NCBI GenBank assembly: GCA_951406725.2
Contig: OX597818.1
Coordinates: forward strand, 14,818,001-14,882,000
Direction of reading: 5' to 3'
Length of the DNA: 64,000 nt
Source of the DNA: Octopus vulgaris
Taxonomy: Eukaryota
Part shown: piece after piece, positions 36,861-49,189 of the stretch
Numbering within the stretch: the stretch's first letter is position 1
How the letters are laid out: every line of letters begins with the position of its first letter
The notes under the pieces: generated by a model
What the model was told of the DNA's origin: nothing
Seen by the model: only the letters and a program-made list of their open reading frames with translations
Databases searched by the model: none
Program-made: the position numbers and the translations under genes

Positions 36861-37574
36861 AATATGTTTTTTAAGACTGTTGTGTAAGGAAAATTTTGAC
36901 TTGAGCAACGACACTGAACAGAAGTGCGGGAACGCACAGTCTCCCGCGTGTCATATAAAAATCGTATTTTGCAGCTGCTTTATCTACTTGTTCGGCAATT
37001 TGCGTAAACAAATCCTTTTGGTTAATGTATGCCGTTTGAAAGGTATTTCTATAAAATTTCATTGAAAAAAAACCCATTTTCCTAAAAGTTATGAGGGAAA
37101 GGCTCGGATCTTGTGAATTTACCGAAGTCCTCTCCCCACCCTCCCGTTGCTTTGCGCGCATTTATTTATTTATTTATTTTTTGTTTTTCATATTCGTTCC
37201 CTACACATTGTTTTACACCTATTCCAATATTTATTTTTGGATTTTCATTTCCGGGTCAAGATGTAAACATTAACCAAACCTTTTTGTTTCTTTATTTTTT
37301 TTTTTTCGTTGTCTTTGATCTACTCGAGAGAGCTGAACAATCTAACACATACTCACTCGCATATATACATACATACAAACACGCACGTACACGCATTGCA
37401 GATCAAAGACAATGCCGGCATCACCAGCATACGAAAAAAATTAAAGAAATAAAACAATGTTCCGGCCATTGTTGAACGCAATGATAAAACAACTATAAAA
37501 CAGGATTTTCATTTGACACTTGAGAGACTATCTCCGAAACATAACCACATGAAAGAATTATATTCTTTTATTTT

Positions 37575-37956
37575 TTTTCTTGTTTCAGTCATTTGACTGC
37601 GGCTATGCTGGAGCATCACCTTTAGTCGAGCAAATCGACCCCAGAACTTATTCTTTGTAAGCTTAGCACTTATTCTATCGGGTACTTTTGCCGAACCGCT
37701 ACCAAATACTGAATAAGTTATTAAAATCATAACGTACATTTCTACTCAGTATTTAGGTATAGAATCTTCATGTATAAAATGTGTATGTCCGTATTAATAA
37801 ATAATAAAGAGGAACATATAACTGATTTTGAGTGGCTGTGTGGTATGTAGCTTGCTTACGAATCACATGGTTCTGGGTTCAGCCCCACTGCGTGGCACCT
37901 TGGGCAAGTGTCTTCTACTATAGCCTCGGGCCGGAAACTGAAAGAAGCCCGTCGTA

Positions 37957-38004
<48 letters not shown>

Positions 38005-38210
38005 TGTGTGTGTGTCTGTGTTTGTCCCCCTAGCATTGCTTGACAACCGATGCTGGTGTGTTTATGTCCCCGCTACTTAGCGGTTCGGCAAAAGAGACCG
38101 ATAGAATAAGTACTGGGCTTACAAAAGAATAAGTCCCGGGGTCGAGTTGCTCGATTAAAGGCGGTGCTCCAGCATGGCTGCAGTCAAATGACTGAAACAA
38201 GTAAAAGAGT
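37575..38210. mobile_element. Inverted SINE pair: 3' fragment (37575-37700, -) and near-full copy (37830-38210, +)
   Basis: Direct sequence match to the family. Confidence 0.85.
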
Positions 38211-38219
38211 ATATGTGTG

Positions 38220-38264
<45 letters not shown>

Positions 38265-38934
38265 TAATACATACATACACAGGTTATGAACTTAGGGTTA
38301 AATAATGACAACATAAAGAAAAAAATTAGGGACTAGATAAGGCAATAAGAGGATTAATTGATTATTATAAAGTGCTATAAAAATCAATAGTGAAAGTATA
38401 TGTAGCTTATAAATAAAATACTCAGAAATAGACTGAACAGACGAAAGAGCAAGAAAAGAGCACAATATGTCTAGATTGTCACTGCACCTAACACAATTCA
38501 TCATTCCATGTCAGAGTATGAAGTATGGTTTTTAGTGAGGTACAGAAGTAGAAGGAAGAAGGATCTTGTGGTCCCATGCTATAGGACTGCAAGATCAGCT
38601 GATCTGGAGCCACACTGTAACAACTAAGTTGACACTTGTTGGTGTTGCTTTTTTAGCCTTAATCAGCTCTAATCAAGAAAACCTGTGATCAAATGTATTC
38701 CAGTTACATCTGCTATATTTCTCCTTTGGTGCAGTGAATCCAAGACTGGATTGTCCAAAATGTCCTTTAGTAAGATGCTAGGATGGAATTTGAGGGAGAT
38801 TTACACTTGTTATTTGTAAGTTCCCTTTTTCACTCTGTGACAGCTATTCGTTGAGTCAGCATGCGTTTTATAAACATCTCATACAACACACCTACATCCA
38901 CAGAGAATGTATATTTATTACAAATGTAAAAAAC

Positions 38935-39221
38935 ATCGCCCTTCTCAAGCCTAGCCAGGCTCATGGGCCCGGTTTCTGTGGTGTATGTGTTCCCCCCCAG
39001 CTGGACGGAACGCCAGTCCATCACAGTGTTACTCGGGAAACAGGAAGAGAGAGTGAGAGAAAGTCGTGGTGAAAGAGTACAACAGGGGTCACCCCCCCCC
39101 CCTGGTGGAGCTTTTAGGTGTTTTCGTTCAAAAAACACACATAACGCCCAATCTGGGAAACGAAACCGCGATCCTCTGACCGTGAGTCTGCTGCCCTAAC
39201 CACTGGACCATTGCGCCTCCA
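38935..39221 (-). mobile_element. tRNA-derived SINE with a V/Meta-like domain
   Basis: Minus strand GGAGGCGCAATGGTCCAGTGGTTAGG head and CTGTGATGGACTGGCGTTCCGTCCAG block. Confidence 0.78.
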
Positions 39222-39452
39222 TTACAAAGGTAGGTAAGTAATAAAAAGTGTATGAAATATGATAAACAATAGTGGAGAGAATGGAGAAGTGTGCTTGTAA
39301 GTTTCTAGAAGAGTAGTTTGATCTCTCAACATGATTTTCAAGAGTTGGGCTGTTTATTGCTACTACGAAACTTGGCTGCCTTCATCATCACTGGTGGAGG
39401 AGATTAAAGTGTATAGAGTAGTTGTATCTCCAATTAATATTAGGGCTGGAAT

Positions 39453-39660
39453 AAGGTGACAAGCTGGCAGAATCGTTAGCACATAGGTGAAAATGCTTAG
39501 TGGTATTTTGTCTGTCTTTATGTTTTGAGTTCAAATTTCACTGATGTTGACTTTACCTTTTATTTGGGGTTGATAAAATAAGGATCTGTTGAATATTGGG
39601 ATTGATGTAACCAACTTATCCCTCCCTTAAAATTGTTGGCCCTGTGCCAAATTTTGAAAC
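39453..39660 (+). mobile_element. Nin/Deu-like SINE copy
   Basis: Collinear with the 14995 copy; TSD approximately AATATTAGG(G/A)CTGGAAT. Confidence 0.8.
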
Positions 39661-40145
39661 CAATATTAGGACTGGAATGATATTGCTGATTATCATTCGT
39701 AGTTGAGGGTTATGAATAATTGTATGCATGTTCTAGCAGCATGCAGTTAATCCCTTGCATAACATACCTGGTGACATAGCAAAATTCTGTGTGATGCACT
39801 AAAACAATAATCTAGGAGTGACAGTGCATGAGAGTCAATGTAAAATTGCACCCTGTTGCTTTCCGCAAGAAAAACAAAGGGTAATGCAGGACTGTAAACA
39901 AAAGAGACCTGATATCCAGACTTCTGACATGGTACTTGTGATTGGAAGGTACATGTGGATGTGGAGTGCTTATGTTATAAGCCATATTATGAGAATTAAA
40001 AAATGCTCGGATTCTGTAGCATAATCTAATTTGACCACCTTCCTTGACCCCCCCGCAACCCCTCTTGATTGTTGAGTCAACAGTACCTAGGGAAGAGTGC
40101 ACTCAAAGGGAATAAAAGATCCTTTAGTTGAAAAACTGGCAAGGG

Positions 40146-40635
40146 TTAGCGACAGGAAGGGTAAACCAGGCTAAATGCCAGCTGATTGTCTGTTTCATTT
40201 TCCATTGTGAACTGTATGGATGGCTTTATTGAGTTCACATGATCTAACAGCACTTGGACATCTTCCTGGTGGGGCCACAGTATAAAGGTGTCATCAACAT
40301 ATTGTAGCCATAGTGTTGGTTTTTGTGGTGTTGATCCTAAAGCCAAATTTTCAAAGTAGTCCATGTATATATTGGCTATTACCACTGATAATGGTGAACC
40401 CATAGCTAAACCCTCTTCTTGTCGATATATATCAGTGTCCATACTGAAGTAGGTAGTTTCTACACAGAAGGTCAACATTTCCATCAAGTTTCTTATTGGT
40501 ATACTAGTGCATTCTTTTAGATGGGTGTCTGTCACTAGTTTTTCTTGTATCACCGATAGTGTTTCACCAGTTGGGACTTTGGTGAACAGGCTTATCACAT
40601 CTAGACTCACCATCTGGTTGGATTCAATGGGGGGT
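40146..40635 (-). pseudogene. Penelope-like element reverse transcriptase fragment
   Basis: VSLDVISLFTKVP, YRQEEGLAMGSPLS..IANIYM, WLQYVDDTF and IQFTMENE are typical PLE RT motifs. Confidence 0.93.
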
Positions 40636-40805
40636 ACCCTTGATCAACATCGTACGTGAAGAATTCCACCACTTCACAGAATTGATCAAGGATACTCAAC
40701 AACCTCCTAAGCAGACCGAGTGCATATGGGAACCGGTATTAAAGAAGGACAGAAAAATAGATTTATAAGCCCTAAAATTCACTCCATAATGTAAATAATG
40801 TACAT
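40636..40805 (+). mobile_element. Probable inverted 3' segment of the same Penelope insertion
   Basis: Abuts the 5' truncation of the RT in the opposite orientation. Reads ..ECIWEPVLKKDRKIDL* and ends AATGTAAATAATGTACAT (40788-40805). Confidence 0.5.
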
Positions 40806-43050
40806 TCGTGTTTTAATTTGTGATAGCCAAGTCAGCTTTACAAAAATTCGTAGCTTCGTAGCTATTTGATGTTTAAAAATCTTATCGTATTTTTATAATT
40901 AGATATTGTTAGGAATTGTATTAAAAATGTTGATATTTTCTGTATTGCAGAATTATAACCAATTTATTGCACATAGTTCCAGGTTCAGTTTCACTCCTTG
41001 AAAACTTGGACAAGTGTATTCTACTATAGTGTTTGACCGATAGAATAAGTACTAAGCTTTAAAAAAATAAGTACTGGAGTCGATTCATTCGATTAAACTT
41101 TTCAAGATTGTGCTGCAGTCTAATAACTGAAACAAGAAAGATATGTGACAGCAAAATCTTATATCGGCCCCCATGGGTTAAATGAACCTTAGTTGCTAAG
41201 TTGTAATGAAGCGCTTTTTTATTGACGTGCCACAAAACCTTACATGATGTCAAAAACAATAGTTCTGGATCTTATATATTTTCTGAAAGGTGTTGCTTCA
41301 ACTAAAGCATAGGGAATTTGTTTGGCAATTTCACAGTAATGTAAACAACAGCAGTCATTTGAGGGAGGTTTAGCTGTTGTTTCTTGCAGGTTGAGCGACT
41401 GCTTAGAGGATTTCTCTCTCTCGACGAGTGTACAGTTTTACATAAAGTCTAATTTTAATTATCATCAGTAACCCAATTATATTAAAGTGTTCTACTTAGC
41501 ATTTTTCTACCATTTGCTTTTGCTGGAGTTTGTACTGTAAATACGATCTGAGTCTCCGATTAAAAAAAAAAATAACCAAAACAAATTTTACTTTTCATTT
41601 TAGATAATCTAAAAGTACCGGGTTATTAAATCAAATGTAAGAAATCTGGGAACATGTGTGCTTGTAATGTATGTGTGTGTATGTAATATGTGTGTGTGTG
41701 TGTGTGTGAATTATGTTTATATTGGTTTCAAATTTTGGCACAAAATCTACAATTTCAGGGAAGGTGTAAATGAATTTTTATCAACCTCAGTGCTCAACGG
41801 GTACTTATTTTATCAACCCTGAAAGGATAAGAGGCAAATTTGATGTCAACAGAATTAGAACTGAGAACATAAAGATGGACAAAATGAAAAAAAACATTTT
41901 GCTGGCATGCTTAACGATTCTGCTACCTTACTGCTTTCATATATATTTAAATATTGGTTTCAAATTTTGGTACAAAGCCAGCAGTTTCGGGGGAGGGTGT
42001 AAATCAATTACACCAATCCCAGTACTCAACTAGTACTTATTTTATCGATCTCAAACGGCTGAAAGGCAAAGTCGATCCATACAGTATTTTAAATGTTTGT
42101 AAAGTCAGAAGAAATACTGCTAGGCATTTTTCCTGCACAGTTGATCTACAGAAAAAAAAATAAAGGAGTTGTTTTGATGGACCATTCCAGTTTATTGATG
42201 CTCTGCATCTATCTGCCTACATACACACACTCATATATATATATATATATATAAGGTATCATCTGCCTGAGCTTTCATCAATTTTTTTCTAGACCCTTCG
42301 CGTCTGTTTGATTGCCAAATGTTCAATATATACACATATTTTCTGAAAGATTAAAAAATTCTGAAGATCTTTCGAATTTTTCTATACATGAAACAGCAAA
42401 CAAAAATAAATGAAACAAACTTATCTAAATCAAGGTGAAAATTAAACAAATAATCGGCAAGAATAGGCGATGCTTAAATTAACTGCCGTTAATCACAGAA
42501 ACTGAACATTTTCTTAGCATTCATTAAATGCATTAGACATTATCTTGTTTAATTATTGTAAATCAGTTTACGAATTGATAAAAAGGTTAAATCAAACGTA
42601 TTTTACATAAAATTCTATTGGTGTCGTTGGTGATCATTTGTTTACTTTTTCTTTTTAATTCAGTGAGATTTGTTTAAATTTGTCCGTCGTTTGCATGGGG
42701 GATGGCAATCTTTTGAAATTTATACGTATAATATTGCGGGTAAAGTGAAACAGACGGCACCGACTATCACCGCATGTATAATGTGTACTTATACCCAGTT
42801 TGTTTAACTGTGTGTTTGTGTGAGAGAGTTATAGTTTTGTAAGGTTCCCCCCACCCACTATCTTCTACTGCAAAAATGTTCAGTTTATTAATTAAAAAGA
42901 TTCATTAAAATGAAGTAAATCACCAGTGTTTTCGATTTATTACTCTTATTGGTTATTGACGATTTTTTTTACTGATTATTAGCAGTTATTTCTTTATCTT
43001 TCACTTTTAACAGGAATAAGGTTGCCAGATTAGAAAATTCTCTTAAAATT

Positions 43051-43088
<38 letters not shown>

Positions 43089-43120
43089 AATTTGGACATG
43101 CCTACACACCCAGAACATTA

Positions 43121-43516
43121 TCTTTATATATAAAAGAGAGGTTGTGTGTCTGTCTCCTACGATTTAGATTCCTAACTACTCCCACATTTTGCGGTGCAGT
43201 TTAACCAAAACCGGGTATCTTATAGTCGTGATTCATATCGAGCCCTTCTGGGTATTAGCGCGCGTCTACGATGAGTCTACGATTTTTAAAAAATTTACCA
43301 TCATTTTTTCCATTTTAATGCATTTTTTTGCTATTATATAATGGAAGTAACTCTCTAAAAATGTCTACGATGAGTCAACGATTTAAAAAAAAATTTACCA
43401 TCATTTCTTTTCCATTTTTAATGCATTTTTTTGCTATTTTTTGGCTATAACTCTCTAAAAATGCTTATATAGTTATTTCTCTTACAAACCCGAGCAACGC
43501 CGGGCGATACCGCTAG
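43121..43516 (+). mobile_element. Non-autonomous Helitron nested in the hAT element
   Basis: Sits between host A (43120) and T (43517). 5' TCTTTATATATAAAAG; 3' hairpin CCCGAGCAACGCCGGG (43489-43504) followed by CTAG. Internal ~100-bp tandem duplication. Confidence 0.88.
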
Positions 43517-44071
43517 TATTATATAAAAGCAATTATTTTAATGGGTTATGAGAAAGCAAAAGTAAACTCATTTCAAATATATTTAATACAAGCTAAAAAA
43601 AATAAATTCTGTTAAAGTGAAATAATTTGAAGATATTTCTTTAATACAGACAACAGAGAAATAAGCAAAAAAGTCTTAAATCGAAATCATTGTAAATTTT
43701 TTTTATTTCATGACAATATAGAAAAAAAATATTTTAGTGTGAAAACATTTGAATATTATTATTTAATACTGGCAAAATAGATAACTAAAAGAAATATTGA
43801 GAAAATAAAAGCATTGTAAAATTTTTATTCAGTAGAGACAATAGAAAAAGCAAAAGAAATAATTTATAAAATTATTATTTAATGCAAACAATATAGGAAA
43901 TAATCAAAAAAGTTGTTTCATATGGAGAACATGAAAAGAAACAAAACTGATAAACTTATATGTAAAATTTTAACAGACCGCACGAGAATTAAACTTGAAC
44001 CATTACCTTTTGTTATATTTCATTGGTTATTTGGCTTTTGTTAACAAGTCCTTGTTTTCTAACCCATGCCT

Positions 44072-45406
44072 TATTCTTAGCACAAGTTATTCTTACTGCA
44101 AGTCGTATTTTTTTAACGTCTATTAAGTTTTATTGAAGTGTTGATTTTTGTGCTTCTTTGTAGCGGTTTACCGGTTGTGCTCTCTCTCTGTTTCAAGAGA
44201 GAGCGATGGTTAATGAAAAAAATGTTCTGTTCGGACTTCAGTGTGTCGGAATTGTCCACTTCAGAGCAGTAATTAGTAAAGGCAGTAAACAGAATGGACA
44301 GATGTCTTGGAAAAAAAAAAAAAGAGCTTCGCTGAGATAACGGAGTTAAAAAGAAATGAAATAGACTCGTCTAAAATGGAAGAACACCAAAAAATGGCAC
44401 ATAAAGTAGGTGGTGACGTCAAGTTGTCGCCTCCAGAGAAAGTTATGGAGGAAATGATGAAGAGAACCATTGTGTATAAAGTTTATTCAGTGGAACAGAA
44501 AAAAGGTAGACAAAGTAGAAGCCGAAACAATTGAGAATGCGTTGAGCGCGGTATCTAAGGATATGGTGTTTTTGGCAAGAGGAAATAAATATGGAACTGT
44601 GGTGGTCCAGTTCAAGACGGAGGAAGTAGCAAAGAGGCTGGCTGTAAACACGGTGAAGTCGAATAAAGTGGTCCTTCTACCCGTGTATCTTGGAAGGAGG
44701 ACATCCAAGATCAGGGTAGAGGGAATCCCGCCAGACATAGATGTGGCTTGGGTTGCGGCGGCTGTCCTCCTTGGAAGTGAGGAGGAAGTGGCCGTCCTCC
44801 AAGTCACAGAAACGGAGGAGGTGATGTGGAAAGGAAAAAGTGGCAGAGGGAAGAAGGAATAAGAGGAAGAACGGACATAACCTCTCAGACCTACCCTCTC
44901 CCCACAGACACCAAAACCCACTCATTCCCTTCCTTCACAAGATACACAAAATCTCCCCCACCGTGAAAATAGCTATGTATGTGTGTTAACAGAGGATGTA
45001 GACGAGGAACTAATAAATAAGGTAACAAGCAAAATTTGTGGATGTGGAGGTTATATACTAATGTTGTGGGTTGGCACATGTGCTGGTGTCTCGGAGTCAG
45101 AAGGAAGGGATTGCAAAATATAAAAAAGATTATAAGTATTGGAAGACTGATGCAAACCTGAAAAGGATACCGGTAAAAGTAAGATATGAGGAACTGAGAG
45201 AAAAATTCGGATTGGACGTTTTGAAGGACTCGGGATTCAGAAGGAAGTGTTGCTGTTTGAGGTGGGGAAAGCAGCTCATTTTCATGTATTATTCAGGTTA
45301 CCATATTTTAAATTTTATTTCTAACTTTATCTTTTCGTGTTATGTGTCCCCACGTGTTTTTGTATTGTCCTCTCTATGTCGTCCCCTTGTGGGTGATTAA
45401 AAATTA
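44072..45406 (+). mobile_element. Internally deleted non-LTR retrotransposon (L1/Tx1-like ORF1 remnant) nested in the hAT element
   Basis: 22-bp TSD CCTTGTTTTCTAAC(C/G)CATGCCT (44050-44071, 45407-45428). Frameshifted ORF1-like reading (44307-44862: GTVVVQFKTEEVAKRL...KIRVEGIPPDI). 3' end GTCCCCTTGTGGGTGATTAAAAA. The clade assignment is an inference. Confidence 0.7.
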
Positions 45407-46385
45407 CCTTGTTTTCTAACGCATGCCTATAAAATTCTTTACATTGATAGTTAAGGTTCAATGTACATTGTAAGATAGCTTCAACAGTAGCCACGTCCAA
45501 CTTACTTCGTTCTTCAGTACACCGAACGTTCATCATTGAGAAGACACGTTCAACATTAGCATTATGCACTGGTATGCTAAACAAGAATTGGCACAAAATT
45601 AACTCGGAGTATTCTTGAAATTCAATCTGCTGAAGGATAGAAAAGCATATTTCATAGCACGGCTTGGTCTTCCATTCTTCACGTTTGATCTGCATCTCTC
45701 TAGCAAAGAGTGTTTTAAATGTTGACTACTGACAGAAAAGAATGTTATCGTCAATTTTTATACTGTTGTTTTTTAACACTAGACAAGACGATTCTGTATG
45801 TTCTCATACTTGAACTGTATCTAATGACATCCGTGTAAAGTTATCAAAATTTTCAAAAGACGAAATCCATTTCTCAAGATAGTCATGTCAAGTGCTATAG
45901 TAGTTCTCCACTTCAAGTAGAAATTTCTTTTCTCTTCAGATTTGACGTAGTCATTATTAAGGCAATCGCTCACTCTAAGAGGAATAAACTTTTCTTTGAT
46001 TCTTTCCTTCATAACTGCAACGAGTTCTTTTAAACAGCCAAGTACTTCAATAATGCTGTTTTCTCTCTTTTTGATCTTCATAATCCTGTTGCTAAAACAT
46101 ATTCAAAACTGTGAACAAGATACAAGAAGACTTCACTCAGCAGATTATAGAAGAATTCTACAAGAATTTGGGGGACCTTTTCTTCAGAATCAAAAAGAGA
46201 TTTCAGTGCTTTAAATAACCTTAGGATTCTCTTAACTCTTCTCATCAAAAAAAGCCAACGAGTTTTAGAATGTAAGAGAATTGAGGCATACTGCACACCA
46301 ACAAACTCGCAGAAATCTTTCAACTTCCCAGATTGAACAGTATAAATACTAAAGTATGAAAACAATTTAACAATTACTTCAACAG

Positions 46386-46682
46386 TTCTATATTTAAGAG
46401 ATGAAGAATTATGTACATTATTTACATTTAACCCTTGCGCCATATGCCCGTGGGCATATGGTGTAATGGTTAAGAGCGCGGGCTACTAACCCCAAAATTC
46501 CGAGTTCGATTCCAGGCAGTGACCTGAAGAATAACAATAACATCGAAAAATACCTTAGGAATGAGAACCCAGGTTCAAAATTTCACCAAGACACTAGATG
46601 AAGGCTGGAGGGTATATCAGCCGAAACGTTGTGTTAACAACAAACAAGATGAGGACAAATATCCGTCGAATGTAAATAATGT
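46386..46682 (+). mobile_element. tRNA-headed SINE with a Penelope-type hammerhead tail, plus inverted terminal segments, nested in the hAT transposase
   Basis: 14-bp TSD AATTACTTCAACAG (46372-46385, 46683-46696). A box TGGTGTAATGG (46459-46469), B box AGTTCGATTCC (46503-46513). Hammerhead-like motif at 46591-46634. Confidence 0.8.
46591..46634 (+). ncRNA. Minimal type I hammerhead ribozyme-like motif (core partly mutated)
   Basis: Stem I ACAC/GTGT; core TAGATGA-A versus consensus CTGANGA; stem II GGCTG/CAGCC; GAAA; palindromic ACGT stem III; GUU triplet. Confidence 0.65.
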
Positions 46683-48186
46683 AATTACTTCAACAGAAAG
46701 AATATTGACCGTGGTATGAGCAGCATTGTGCAGAATATGGGCTGGACACCTTCCATCGATTCATTCATGCTTTCCTGGAATTTCGAATAAATGTTATTTG
46801 TGCTTATGCGCAAACGTCCACCAGAATTAGTATTTGTGTTATCTCCATCAAAAGTTATACATTTCTTCACGTCCAGTCCTAAGTCGACGAGGCTTTCTCT
46901 GCAGAAACTTACTATTGTTTCTGAGGTTTCATTTGGGAGGGATCTTACTCGCAATAACTTTATCAGCAAACCCTTTTCACGTGAAAAACATTTTACAATC
47001 AACGGGGAAATTTTCTCAACATTGTGATTATTTGCATCTGTAGATATACCACAAAAAGAGTTATTTATATCTTTAACAATCTCCGCAATGGTGTATGGAG
47101 CTACAACATTTTTTTATTATTGCAGCACATCTAGTCCTTGCACTTGAAAGTTTGCATGCAATTTTTGAATCAGAAAATACTGTTGGTAATAGTACGCTCG
47201 TACAGTCATTTGAACTGAAGGCTGATGATGACGGTCAATATGAAATGCCATTGCAACTTCTGCGGCTATTATTTTACTTTCTTCATCTGTGTTTTTCTTG
47301 ATCAAGAAGTTTATTTTACCAGCTTCTTTTGAAGTAGAAGTAATACTACTTTTGTGCTTTGCTGTTTCTATGTGTTACGTGATATCAGACTTCTCGCTAT
47401 GTTCAATACTGAAAGTGCAATTGCATACACCACAGTTTGCTTCAAAACATCTTCTGCCTTGTTTGATAAATGTTCATTCGCTGGAATATTCATCACGAAA
47501 TTTACATTTGCGTTTTGGCATCTTGGAATGGATGGATTAGTTTTAAGTTAGAAAAAAAAATGGACCGTAGCAAGTAGTAACAACACGCTTTGATGACAGT
47601 ATCAAGTTGCAAACACATCAGTTTTGTGTAAACTTTTAGAAACACTAGTTACATTTAGGTTATTTTCATCAAGAGAATATGAAAAAAGAAAGCATAATTA
47701 CTTATAAAGTTACAACTAAGAACCATCAGAAGGGAGTAGGTTTGAAAATGAACTAAATACGGGACATTTGGAGTGTCCCTGAAAGATCAGAACGGCACAG
47801 GGGACAAAATTATCAAATATGGAACATGTCCTGTATATAAAGGATGTCTGGCAACCATAAACAGGAACCGTGTTTCATTTTTTTCCACAATATTTTATGT
47901 ACACAGTTCGAAGGATCGCGCGCAAAAAACTTGTTTTAATATCTTATTTTCTAAAATATCGTGTTATTTATTGTTGTTGTTGTTGTTGTTGTGTTTATGT
48001 ATCAAAAGAAAACTTTTATACAAAGAAGATAAATTCCAAAAATATTAGTCTAATTACCTAAATAGTATATTATGTATGCTGAAGTATTCAAGCTGACATC
48101 TTAAGTATACTCATTCAAACCACAATGGGTTTCCATCATCATTCACAGGTGCGCATGATACTGGCTGCTTGGGATTCGTTTGAAAT

Positions 48187-48209
48187 ATGCCACTTGACTT
48201 TTTAAACAG
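48187..48209 (+). CDS. Candidate first coding exon of a membrane-protein gene (MPLDFLN-R)
   Basis: ATG at 48187, donor AG|GTATTT, phase 2. Upstream acceptor cacag at 48148. Confidence 0.5.
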
Positions 48210-48312
48210 GTATTTGCATTTTCAAAACAGGAAATCTATATAGTTTGTCCTCCTTTTAAGCAGTATGTATTATATATACACTTAGTGACTTATTTGAGAA
48301 CACCTGACCTAG

Positions 48313-48390
48313 AACTACGTTAAATATTCTGATCGTTTCTGCATGCTTCGTCGCTGTGATTTCGTTTCTCTTCGCTGTAACTTGTCTAGG
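48313..48390 (+). CDS. Candidate exon encoding a transmembrane segment (TTLNILIVSACFVAVISFLFAVTCL-G)
   Basis: Acceptor ctgacctag, consensus donor GG|GTAAGT, phase 2-2, ~20 hydrophobic residues. Confidence 0.6.
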
Positions 48391-48908
48391 GTAAGTTTTG
48401 CTGAAATATTCCTTCTGTTAAATGAATTATGGTAAAAAAAAACAGTCCCTGAAAAATTTCAGGAAATGAGTGATTAGTAATTTATAATTTATTGATTTAT
48501 TTAATGTATTAAATAAACGTTTTTTCCACATTGTTTTTAATGCCTCTGGATAAGTTACGTTGACATTTTGTAGTCAGTTAACAAGCGACGTAAATATTTC
48601 ATGTTTAATTACTCCAACTATTATTCATAGTAGCTAAATAAAATGTGACAGTATTTTCCTGCTGCTATTTTCATAGCTACACTTTCAGTGACTTTATCTC
48701 TGTTCACCTTTTTCAAGTTTATCCTTTTGAGTTTTCGTAAACTAATTCATAGAAAAAATGTGTGCGCGTGTTTGTTTGTGTAGTATATCTCTGAATACCT
48801 GTTGCTGTTTAGCTTGGTTCTGCAGATCTATAATCACAAACGTTCCAGCTGTGCCCATCCTTTCTGAATTCAGAGATTTTGTATGTGCGTTTGTTTATGT
48901 AATATATC

Positions 48909-49189
48909 GGTACTATTTAAGAAGAGTGGTCCCAGTGCGCGCACTCGCGCATCTGCGCTAGCTAGTCGTGACTAGTCGATCATTACTTTGTGTTTTTGTT
49001 TTATTTACTTTGTTTTAACAAAATTATTTACTTTGTGTTTTTGGGTTTTATTTACTTTGTGTAAAAAATTATTTGTGTTTTATTTACTTTGCTAGGTAGT
49101 CGTTTTAGGATCGACTAGTCACGACTAGCTAGCGCAGATCCGGGAGTACGCGAGTGCGCGCACCGGGACCACTCTTCCTAAATAGTACC
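48909..49189. mobile_element. MITE with ~70-bp GC-rich TIRs (Mutator-like)
   Basis: GGTACTATTTAAGAAGAGTGGTCCC...ACTAGTCGATC mirrored at 49109-49189. Flanks TAATATATC/TAGTATGTC, 7 of 9 matching. Confidence 0.82.

Larger units (their letters stand above)
44003..47521 (-). pseudogene. Degenerate hAT transposase
   Basis: Starts MPKRKCKFRDEYS with a BED-like finger (CGVC...HIETAKH). Fragments FDGDNTNTNSG, LHSKTRWLFL, IPVHNANVERVFSMMN; C-terminus LENKDLLTKAK..KY* resumes left of the LINE insertion. Many stops and frameshifts. Confidence 0.88.
43017..47859 (-). mobile_element. Full-length decayed hAT transposon (Blackjack-like TIRs) with three nested insertions
   Basis: TIRs TAAGGTTGCCAGA (from 43017) and TCTGGCAACCATA (to 47859), 1 mismatch. 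Perfect 8-bp TSD AACAGGAA (43009-43016, 47860-47867). Confidence 0.9.

Noticed and set aside
39812-40102. Continuation of the Penelope ORF
   Set aside because: No RT thumb or GIY-YIG motifs recognisable; the RT similarity stops near 40175.
43540-43940. CRISPR-like or functional array in the AT-rich periodic region
   Set aside because: Degenerate subterminal tandem repeats inside the hAT, with no constant repeat and unique spacer structure, in a eukaryotic context.
46452-46525. Possible tRNA gene
   Set aside because: It has A/B boxes but no proper acceptor-stem pairing or T-run terminator, and is embedded in a TSD-flanked insertion. It is a SINE head.
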